Source: an uncultured Clostridia bacterium (GTDB taxonomy: Bacteria; Bacillota; Clostridia; Oscillospirales; Acutalibacteraceae). Taken from it: a stretch of 64,000 bases of DNA. How positions within the stretch are numbered: the first letter of the stretch is position 1; every line of letters begins with the position of its first letter. Position numbers and translations under genes: made by a program. Under the pieces are notes generated by a model. That model was given only the letters and a program-made list of their open reading frames with translations. It did no database searches and was not told where the DNA came from. Shown here in pieces: positions 1 through 7,445 of this stretch. The stretch lies in the NCBI GenBank assembly GCA_946184925.1, contig CAMHHL010000001.1, positions 4,974 through 68,973 of the forward strand. The letters are read 5' to 3'.

Positions 1-1045
1 TAACGTCCATCATAAGGTCGGCGTGCCACTTCTCGAGAGCCTCACCGAGAACGGTGTGGTTGGTGTAGGAGCAGGTCTTGCGGGCGATTTCAAACGCCTC
101 GTCAAAGTTGAGACCGTCCTTCATGAGAAGTCTTACGAGCTCGGGGATGGCGGATACGGGGTGAGTATCGTTGAGCTGGAAGGCGTAAACCTCGGCGAAC
201 TTGCTGTAATCGTTGCCGTAGTGAGCCTTGAAGTGGTTGAGGATATCCTGGAGAGAAGCGGAGCAGAAGAAATACTGCTGCTTAAGTCTCAGAACCTTGC
301 CATCGTAGGTGTTGTCGTTCGGATAAAGAACGCGTGAGATGTTCTCGGCGTCGTTCTTAGCCTTGACGGAGCTGTCATAGTGAGAGTTGTTGAACTCGTG
401 GAAATCAAAATCGTTTACAGCCTCAGCCTGCCAGAGACGAAGGGTGTTAATGTTGCTGGTATCATAACCGATAATAGCCATATCATAAGGAACAGCCTTG
501 ACGGTCTGACCCTTGAAATCTACATAAACGGTGAGGTCGTCGCGACGTACACACCACGGATCTCCCCACTTCTGCCAATCGTCAGCCATCTCAACCTGAT
601 AGCCGTTTTCGATAGCCTGTTTAAAGAGACCGTACTTGTAGCGAATGCCGTAGCCGTCGAGCGGAACCTCCTGAGTAGCCGCTGAATCGAGGTAGCATGC
701 GGCGAGACGTCCGAGACCGCCGTTGCCGAGAGCCGCGTCGTCAACTTCTTCGAAAACGTTGATGTCGATACCCTTCTTCTTGAGGAAGTCCTTTGCCTCA
801 TCGAGCATGCCGAGACAATAAAGGTTGTTGTACATCATACGTCCCATGAGGAACTCCGCGGAGAAGTAGAAGGCTCTTCTGCCCTGAGCGTGCTTCTTCT
901 TGCTTCTTACCCAGTTGTCGGCGATTTCAGACTGAATGTATCTGCCGAAAAGGTAATGAAGCTGAGCCGGAGAAAGCTCCTCGGGCTTTTTGCAATAAAG
1001 CGCCTTTGAGCTCTTTTTGAGCTCGTCCATGATTAATTTACCCAT
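1..1045 (-). CDS. glgP: Glycogen/maltodextrin phosphorylase, 3' end runs off the window
   Basis: Manual minus-strand translation (absent from ORF track because truncated): MGKLIMDELK...YFSAEFLMGR...DAALGNGGLGRLAACYLDSAAT...GYGIRYKYGLFKQ, the GT35 signature. Confidence 0.93.
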   Translation of the reverse strand, partial: MGKLIMDELKKSSKALYCKKPEELSPAQLHYLFGRYIQSEIADNWVRSKKKHAQGRRAFYFSAEFLMGRMMYNNLYCLGMLDEAKDFLKKKGIDINVFEEVDDAALGNGGLGRLAACYLDSAATQEVPLDGYGIRYKYGLFKQAIENGYQVEMADDWQKWGDPWCVRRDDLTVYVDFKGQTVKAVPYDMAIIGYDTSNINTLRLWQAEAVNDFDFHEFNNSHYDSSVKAKNDAENISRVLYPNDNTYDGKVLRLKQQYFFCSASLQDILNHFKAHYGNDYSKFAEVYAFQLNDTHPVSAIPELVRLLMKDGLNFDEAFEIARKTCSYTNHTVLGEALEKWHADLMMDV

Positions 1046-1157
1046 AGTAGTGTACCTTGCCTTTCCGCCTGCGAAAATAGGATTACAGACTTACCGCAGG
1101 CAGTATAAGCCGTAATGTTGGAATAGTATTATTGTTTATGTAAAATCAGTGTTTGCA

Positions 1158-2648
1158 CTAATCCTTGAGACGACCGTAAGTATCGGCGAGCCAGAGCAGA
1201 CGCTTTGCGATGTCCTCGGTGAGGGCGTCGGCGTCGATTCTCCAAACCCAGTTACCGCCGAGAGTTGAGGGCACGTTCATGCGAGCCTCGCTGCCGAGAC
1301 CGAGAATATCCTGCATCTGGATAACGGCGTAGTCAGCCTTGCTCTCGTACGCTGTGCGGATGAGTCCCCAGTTGAACTCCTCGTCATCGCCCATCTTGCA
1401 ATACTCTCTCGCGTACTTGACGTCCTCGGGCTTTGCTGTCGCGCACCAGCCCATGACGGTGTCGTTGTCGTGGGTTCCGGTGTAAACAACGCAGTTTCTG
1501 GTGTACTTGTGGGGGAGATAGTCGTTCTCTTCCTCGCTGTCGAAGGCGAACTCGAGAACCTTCATTCCCGGATAGCCGCTGTCCTTGAGGAGCTTCTCAA
1601 CGCCGGGGTTGAGAGTTCCGAGATCCTCGGCAACAATCGGGATATCTCCGAGGGCTTCCTTCATCTTATTGAAAAAGTCCATTCCGGGACCGTCCATCCA
1701 CTCGCCGTGAATCGCGTCCTCCGCAGGATACGGAATTGCGTAGTAATCGTTGAAAGCACGGAAATGGTCGATTCTTGTAATATCATAGAGGTTGGCGGCA
1801 GCCGCGATACGGTTGAACCACCAAACATAGTCTGTCTGCTTGAGATAAGCCCAGTCATAGAGCGGATTGCCCCAAAGCTGACCTGTGGCTGAGAAATAGT
1901 CGGGAGGACAACCGGCGACGCATACGGGAGCGTTCTTCTCGTCGAGCCAGAACACCTCGGGGTTAGCCCATGTGTCCGCGCTGTCCATTGCGACATAAAT
2001 CGGCATATCGCCGAGAATCCGGATTCCGAGGTCGTTGACATACTCGCGGAAGTCGTACCACTGCTCATAGAACTTGAACTGCAGCCACATCCAGAAGTCG
2101 ATGTCGTCGGCGAGTTTTTTCTTATATTTTCTTATGGCAGCGGGGCGGCGCATTCTGATTGCTTCGTCGGGCCACTCTGTCCACGCAACCATATCGAAGC
2201 TCTTCTTAACCGCCATATAGAGGGCGTAGTCGTCGAGCCAATGAGCGTTTTCCTTCTTGAAGTCCTCAAAAACATCGAGCTCGTAGTCCTCAATGTAGGT
2301 TTCATATGCCTTGCGAAGAACAACGAAACGGTTGTTATAAATCTTTTCGTAATCAACTTCGTTGGGGTTCTGTCCCCAGTCAATAGCGTCGAGCTGCTCC
2401 TTGGAAATCAACTCCTCTTCAACAAGGGTGTCGAGGTCAATCATATAAGGATTGCCTGCATAGGTTGAAAAGGACTGATACGGCGAATCGCCGTAGCTGG
2501 TAGGACCTGCGGGAAGAATCTGCCAGATTTTCTGCCCTGCTGATGACAAAAAGTCCGCAAATTCGCGAGCCTCCTTGCCTATTGTTCCGATTCCGTAAGG
2601 TGACGGTAAGGAGGTAATCGGCATTAATATTCCTGCCACTCGTGCCAT
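1158..2648 (-). CDS. malQ: 4-alpha-glucanotransferase (GH77)
   Basis: GILMPITSLPS, DSPYQSFS, GQLWGNPLY, RIDHFRAF, AEDLG, YTGTHDNDT; start reset to MARVAG after GGGAG RBS. Confidence 0.96.
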   Translation of the reverse strand: MARVAGILMPITSLPSPYGIGTIGKEAREFADFLSSAGQKIWQILPAGPTSYGDSPYQSFSTYAGNPYMIDLDTLVEEELISKEQLDAIDWGQNPNEVDYEKIYNNRFVVLRKAYETYIEDYELDVFEDFKKENAHWLDDYALYMAVKKSFDMVAWTEWPDEAIRMRRPAAIRKYKKKLADDIDFWMWLQFKFYEQWYDFREYVNDLGIRILGDMPIYVAMDSADTWANPEVFWLDEKNAPVCVAGCPPDYFSATGQLWGNPLYDWAYLKQTDYVWWFNRIAAAANLYDITRIDHFRAFNDYYAIPYPAEDAIHGEWMDGPGMDFFNKMKEALGDIPIVAEDLGTLNPGVEKLLKDSGYPGMKVLEFAFDSEEENDYLPHKYTRNCVVYTGTHDNDTVMGWCATAKPEDVKYAREYCKMGDDEEFNWGLIRTAYESKADYAVIQMQDILGLGSEARMNVPSTLGGNWVWRIDADALTEDIAKRLLWLADTYGRLKD

Positions 2649-2789
2649 AATGTCATCTCCCTTCAGATGAAAAAATATTATTTTTTGGAAAAGAGCACGC
2701 TTCTCCATGGTATCGGTTAAATTTTAACACAAAGCTCGTGATTTTTCAATACCTTACTGTAAACTTTGATGAAAAAAGCGGTCGGGTCG

Positions 2790-2820
2790 GGCTCGGTGCA
2801 TTTCCGCTGCATTAATTGCT
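2790..2820. repeat. Short remnant module of the composite intergenic repeat family
   Basis: ggctcggtgcatttccgctgcattaattgct resembles 53617-53645 and 33518-33539. Confidence 0.65.
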
Positions 2821-2822
2821 GA

Positions 2823-3362
2823 TTAATCCATCTCTCTGTAAAGCCAATAGAGCGCGGCGTCGGACGCAAGGCGACGGATTGTCTCGCGGTCGGGATTCTC
2901 GGCGTCGCCGAGAAGGGTTTTAAGAACCGATGTGCAGTTTTCGGAGCTGACTGCGATATAGACCAGTCCGACCGGCTTTTCCGCCGTGCCGCCGGTCGGT
3001 CCCGCGATTCCGGTTGTGGACACGCCGAAGTCCGCGCCGGAGAGCTTTCTCACGCCATCCGCCATTTGTGCGGCGGTCTCGGGTGATACGGCTCCGACAG
3101 TCGCGAGGGTTTCTTCGCTTACGCCGAGGACCTTGTGCTTGATGCGGTTCGCGTAGGAGCACACGCCGCACTCGAACACGGCGCTCGCGCCGCTGACCTC
3201 GGTTATGCGTTTGCTGACAAGCCCACCTGTACAGCTCTCGGCTGTGGCTGCCTTGAGCCCTCGTGACGCGAGCTTTTCGACAACAAGCTCCTGAAGGCTG
3301 TCGCGGTCGATTCCTTCGGCAGCGATTATATCAAGCAAAAATTTTGAATTCATTTCATACAT
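2823..3362 (-). CDS. CinA C-terminal domain / NMN deamidase (PncC-like)
   Basis: ATAESCTGGLVS, SANGVFE-like SGASAVFECG, STTGIAGPTGG...KPVGLVYI; GAGGTG RBS before ATG 3362. Confidence 0.88.
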   Translation of the reverse strand: MYEMNSKFLLDIIAAEGIDRDSLQELVVEKLASRGLKAATAESCTGGLVSKRITEVSGASAVFECGVCSYANRIKHKVLGVSEETLATVGAVSPETAAQMADGVRKLSGADFGVSTTGIAGPTGGTAEKPVGLVYIAVSSENCTSVLKTLLGDAENPDRETIRRLASDAALYWLYREMD

Positions 3363-3459
3363 TAATCTCACCTCAAAAAGTTTTAAAAATATTCTACCAT
3401 ATTTCTTCTGCATATTGCAAATTCCGTAAATTTTTGTTAAACTGAAAACGGTGAATAGC

Positions 3460-4188
3460 ATGGCGTGGTTTTTTACGGGTGAAGAGGTTTCCTCGGATAT
3501 ATATACAATTGAAAACGAAAACGCGCGGCACATCTCAAAAAGCCTGCGCATGAAGAAGGGCGAGGAGCTCACGCTCGTCACACCTTCGGGAATGCAGCTT
3601 GAATGCGAGATTGTGACGGCAGAGCCTGAAAGCGTAGTCGTTAACGTCAGGGAGCGCAAGCAGTGCGAGAACGAACCGGACGTCAAAATAACTCTCTATC
3701 AGGCGCTGCCCAAGGGCGACAAGATGGACTTCATCGTACAGAAATGCGTCGAGCTCGGAATCACACGGATTGTCCCGATGATTTCGGCGAGGTGCATATC
3801 GCGCCCGGACGCAAAGTCGCTCGCGAAGAAATGCACGCGATGGCAGAAAATTGCCGTAGAAGCCGCTCAGCAATCGCGCAGGGGAATTATCCCCGAGGTA
3901 GCTCCGGCGCTCAGCTTCAGGGAAGCCGTCGCGGACGCTAAGAAAAACAATCAGAACATAATCTTCTATGAGCTCGGCGGCGAAAGCGTCAGGAAAATCA
4001 TCGAAAATAAGCCTCTCAGCCTCGGAATGTTCATCGGCAGCGAAGGGGGCTTTGAGCCCGGCGAGGTCGAGACCGTTCTCGCCGAAGGCGGCAAAGCCGC
4101 AACGCTCGGCAGGAGAATCCTCCGCGCGGAGACCGCTCCGCTCGCGGCGCTTTCAGTGCTGATGTTTGAGACCGGGAATTTTGAATAA
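3460..4188 (+). CDS. rsmE: 16S rRNA m3U1498 methyltransferase
   Basis: HISKSLRMKKG, KGDKMDFIVQKCVELG, IGSEGGF, LGRRILRAETA. Confidence 0.95.
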   Translation: MAWFFTGEEVSSDIYTIENENARHISKSLRMKKGEELTLVTPSGMQLECEIVTAEPESVVVNVRERKQCENEPDVKITLYQALPKGDKMDFIVQKCVELGITRIVPMISARCISRPDAKSLAKKCTRWQKIAVEAAQQSRRGIIPEVAPALSFREAVADAKKNNQNIIFYELGGESVRKIIENKPLSLGMFIGSEGGFEPGEVETVLAEGGKAATLGRRILRAETAPLAALSVLMFETGNFE

Positions 4189-4200
4189 GGAGACGTATTT

Positions 4201-4899
4201 ATGATAGGTATCATTTGCGCAATGGCAATCGAGGTCAAAGGCCTCAAGGACAAGATGGACGGCGCGGCAACGGAAAGCTTTGCCGGACTTGAATTTGTAA
4301 AGGGCACAATCGGCGGCACCGGGGTTGTCGCGGTCGAGTGCGGAATCGGCAAGGTCAACGCGGCGATGTGCGCTCAGGTTATGATTGACCGCTTTTCGCC
4401 CGAGGTTATTATCAACAGCGGCGTTGCCGGCGCGCTCAACGAGGACATGAGAATCTGCGATATGGTGGTCGGCACCGAGGTTGTCCAGCACGATATGAAC
4501 ACCTCCGCCCTCGGCGACCCTATGGGCGAAATTACTTTCCCGGACGAGAACAGAACCTACTTCCCGTGTGACGAGACTGTATCCGAGAAAATCTTCGCGA
4601 TCTGCGAGAAATTCGACGATGCGCGCGCTCTCCGCGGCAGAATCGCCTCCGGCGACATCTTCATCAGCCGCCGCAGCAAGCGAACCGTAATCTCGAGAAG
4701 GTTCGACGCTCTCGCGTGCGAGATGGAAGGCGCGGCAATCGGTCATGTTTGCTTCCGCAACAAGGTTCCGTTCTGCGTTTTCCGAACGATATCGGACGAC
4801 TTCGACAACAGCAAGGGTATGGACTTCAAGATTTTTGCGGTTCACGCGGCAGAAAAATCAATCGACGTCATCACCCAATTCCTTGCGGAATATAAATGA
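4201..4899 (+). CDS. mtnN: 5'-methylthioadenosine/S-adenosylhomocysteine nucleosidase
   Basis: MIGIICAM..E, CGIGKVNAA, SGDIF, CEMEGAAI, RTISD. Confidence 0.92.
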   Translation: MIGIICAMAIEVKGLKDKMDGAATESFAGLEFVKGTIGGTGVVAVECGIGKVNAAMCAQVMIDRFSPEVIINSGVAGALNEDMRICDMVVGTEVVQHDMNTSALGDPMGEITFPDENRTYFPCDETVSEKIFAICEKFDDARALRGRIASGDIFISRRSKRTVISRRFDALACEMEGAAIGHVCFRNKVPFCVFRTISDDFDNSKGMDFKIFAVHAAEKSIDVITQFLAEYK

Positions 4900-4910
4900 G
4901 CATAAAATTC

Positions 4911-4941
4911 AATGGGCTGTCGCTGAGGCAGCCCATTGTTG
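4911..4941 (+). terminator. Intrinsic terminator after mtnN
   Basis: aatgggctg / cagcccatt inverted repeat. Confidence 0.6.
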
Positions 4942-4991
4942 TTAATTAAGCCGGCAAAACTCTTTAACGTTTTAATGCACTAAAATTTATG

Positions 4992-5020
4992 TTGACAATC
5001 GGGATAATATTGTGTAGAAT
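4992..5020 (+). promoter_or_regulatory. SigA-type promoter of ilvB
   Basis: TTGACA-17 nt-TAGAAT. Confidence 0.75.
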
Positions 5021-5072
5021 AAAACGAGTATCGTAAAAAACAAACAGTATAATATGGAATGGAGTCTTTAAA

Positions 5073-6746
5073 ATGCAGCTTACAGGCGCGGAAATCATCT
5101 GCGAGTGTCTTATCGAACAGGGCGTTGACACCGTTTTCGGTTATCCCGGCGGCGCGGCGCTCAATACATATGACGCACTGTACAAGTACAGCGACAAAAT
5201 CAAACATATCCTCACAGCTCACGAGCAGGGCGCCGCTCACGCGGCTGACGGCTACGCCAGAGCAACCGGAAAGGTCGGCGTTTGCATGACCACCTCCGGC
5301 CCCGGAGCGACAAACACCGTCACCGGTATCGCGACGGCAAATATCGACAGCATACCGATGGTTATCATCACAGGCAACGTCAACGTAAGCCTTCTCGGCC
5401 GCGACAGCTTCCAGGAGGTTGACATTGTAGATATAGTAAAGCCCATTACCAAGGGCAGCTACCTCGTCAAGAGAATCGAGGACCTCGCGCCGGCAATCCG
5501 CACAGCCTTCGCACTTGCGACCGACGGCAGAAAAGGCCCGGTACTCATTGACGTTCCCAAGGACATCACCGCCCAGACGACCGACTTCAAGCCGCTCGCT
5601 CCCCCGGAGCCGATGAAAAATGAAATCAGCTCGGTTTCCGACATCACCGACGCGGTTGAGGTCATCAACAACGCAAGATACCCGATTATATACGCAGGCG
5701 GCGGAATCATCAGCGCAAACGCCTCCGAGGAACTCCTCGAGTTCGCCGAGAAGATTGACGCTCCGGTATGCTGCTCGCTGATGGGACTGGGCGCAATTCC
5801 GGCGAGCCACAGGCTCAACATGGGCAACCTCGGCATGCACGGAACCTACGCTACAGGAATGGCAACCGAAAAGTGCGACCTGATTATCGCGTGCGGAGCG
5901 CGTTTCTCCGACCGAGTTGCAGGCGACCCGAACAAGTTCGGCAGTCAGGCAAAAATCATCCAGATTGACATCGACGAGGGCGAAATCGACAAGAACGTCA
6001 AGACCGACAACCACATCGTCGGCGACGTCAAGGACGTGCTCAGAATCCTCAATAACTATGTCGAAAAGCAGAATCACACCCAGTGGCTCGTTCAGCTTGA
6101 AATCTGGAAGGGCGAGCACGTTGCCCACAGGGAGAAGCTCGGCGAATATATGTCGGCTCTCGACGTGCTGCTCATGCTCAACAAGAAAAAGCGCCCGGGC
6201 GACATCGTCGCGACGGACGTCGGACAGCACCAGATGTGGGTTGCTCAGTACGCTGAATTTGAGGAGCCGAGAACCCTGCTCACCTCGGGCGGAATGGGAA
6301 CCATGGGCTTCGGTCTCGGCGCGGCAATCGGCGCTCAGTGCGGATGTCCGAACAAGAAGGTTTTCCTCGTTACGGGCGACGGAAGCTTCCACATGAACCT
6401 CAACGAGCTCGTAACCCTCAAGTCATATAACCTGCCGGTTGTCGTGCTTGTGTTCAACAATCAGGTGCTCGGTATGGTAAGGCAGTGGCAGAAGCTGTTC
6501 TACGGCAGCCGCTTCTCCCAGACGGATCCCAAGCGCGCGACCGACTTTGTCAAGGTTGCCGAGGCGTTCGGAATCCCGGGCTTCAGGCTCGACAAGGCCG
6601 AGGATGTCGAGGAAATCTTCGACAAGGCAATCGGTCTCAACGGCCCCGCGGTCATCGACTGCGTAATCAGCCCCGACGCGAACGTTCTCCCGATGATTCC
6701 TCCGGGAAAAACCGTCAACGAAATCGTAACGGAAATGCCGGGCTGA
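5073..6746 (+). CDS. ilvB: Acetolactate synthase large subunit
   Basis: FGYPGG, HEQGAAHAADGYARATG, TSGPGATN, RFSDRV, ThDP motif GDGSF...N. Confidence 0.95.
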   Translation: MQLTGAEIICECLIEQGVDTVFGYPGGAALNTYDALYKYSDKIKHILTAHEQGAAHAADGYARATGKVGVCMTTSGPGATNTVTGIATANIDSIPMVIITGNVNVSLLGRDSFQEVDIVDIVKPITKGSYLVKRIEDLAPAIRTAFALATDGRKGPVLIDVPKDITAQTTDFKPLAPPEPMKNEISSVSDITDAVEVINNARYPIIYAGGGIISANASEELLEFAEKIDAPVCCSLMGLGAIPASHRLNMGNLGMHGTYATGMATEKCDLIIACGARFSDRVAGDPNKFGSQAKIIQIDIDEGEIDKNVKTDNHIVGDVKDVLRILNNYVEKQNHTQWLVQLEIWKGEHVAHREKLGEYMSALDVLLMLNKKKRPGDIVATDVGQHQMWVAQYAEFEEPRTLLTSGGMGTMGFGLGAAIGAQCGCPNKKVFLVTGDGSFHMNLNELVTLKSYNLPVVVLVFNNQVLGMVRQWQKLFYGSRFSQTDPKRATDFVKVAEAFGIPGFRLDKAEDVEEIFDKAIGLNGPAVIDCVISPDANVLPMIPPGKTVNEIVTEMPG

Positions 6747-6768
6747 TTTGTAATCAACAAATTGAAAT

Positions 6769-6801
6769 AAAGGTGGCTGTCGCCGGACAGCCACCTTTTT
6801 T
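6769..6801. terminator. Bidirectional intrinsic terminator between ilvB and gtrA-like gene
   Basis: Perfect 13-bp stem aaaggtggctgtc / gacagccaccttt. Confidence 0.8.
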
Positions 6802-6804
6802 CGT

Positions 6805-7257
6805 TTATTTTTCCTTAAAGGCGAAGAATCGCTGACCGATATAGTTGCACGCCACGAAGGTTACAGCTCCGACCGCCCAGCTGAGGTTAGCCGCAAAGGA
6901 GTTCACGTCCATACCGAACATCGAAAGCCCCATCGCCTTGCTCGCCTCGCTGACTACAGTAGAGACGAGAACTCTCACAAGCAGGCATACAACAATATTC
7001 AGCGTGAACCTGAGCATCGGCTTGACGCCCTTTTCCTTGTTCTTGAAGGTGAAATACTTGTTGAGGAAATAGCTGACGACGCTGCCGATCACTGTTCCGG
7101 CAACCGCGGCCGCTCCGGCTCCCCATGCGAAGCTCTTCCACCCGATGACGTGAAGGCAAACCAGCACCACGCCCTCGCCGACCAGCGTGTTGAGCACGCC
7201 GACCAGAATGAACTTCCAGAATTTTATATCAAAAAACTTTTTCAAAAAATCTTTCAT
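6805..7257 (-). CDS. GtrA-family membrane protein (lipid-linked sugar flippase-like)
   Basis: KFILVGVLNTLV, SYFLNKYFTFK, NYIGQRFFAF; 4 hydrophobic segments. Confidence 0.88.
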   Translation of the reverse strand: MKDFLKKFFDIKFWKFILVGVLNTLVGEGVVLVCLHVIGWKSFAWGAGAAAVAGTVIGSVVSYFLNKYFTFKNKEKGVKPMLRFTLNIVVCLLVRVLVSTVVSEASKAMGLSMFGMDVNSFAANLSWAVGAVTFVACNYIGQRFFAFKEK

Positions 7258-7363
7258 TTTCTCAGAACCTTTCTCTGTCTCTTGAATTATACCAAAACGC
7301 AGGAAAAAAGTCCATATAATAATAAAAAAACAAAAATTTGCGACCTAATCTTTCAAAATTGTA

Positions 7364-7392
7364 TTTACGATAAAAAAATATTATGGTAGAAT
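7364..7392 (+). promoter_or_regulatory. Candidate SigA promoter of yfhO-like gene
   Basis: TTTACG-17 nt-TAGAAT with TG upstream of the -10. Confidence 0.55.
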
Positions 7393-7445
7393 AGGTATAT
7401 ATGCGCTGACAAAAGTGCAAATTCGCTTGAATAAGGAGCACCCTT

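Noticed and set aside
23-801. ORF-track ORFs at 23-337, 380-685 and 520-801
   Set aside because: Antisense or out-of-frame shadows of glgP
4980-6392. Long antisense ORFs (e.g. 4980-6392, 31577-32641, 38759-39766, 42741-43925, 41673-42488)
   Set aside because: Mirror-frame ORFs opposite well-supported genes, typical of biased codon usage; no RBS or motifs
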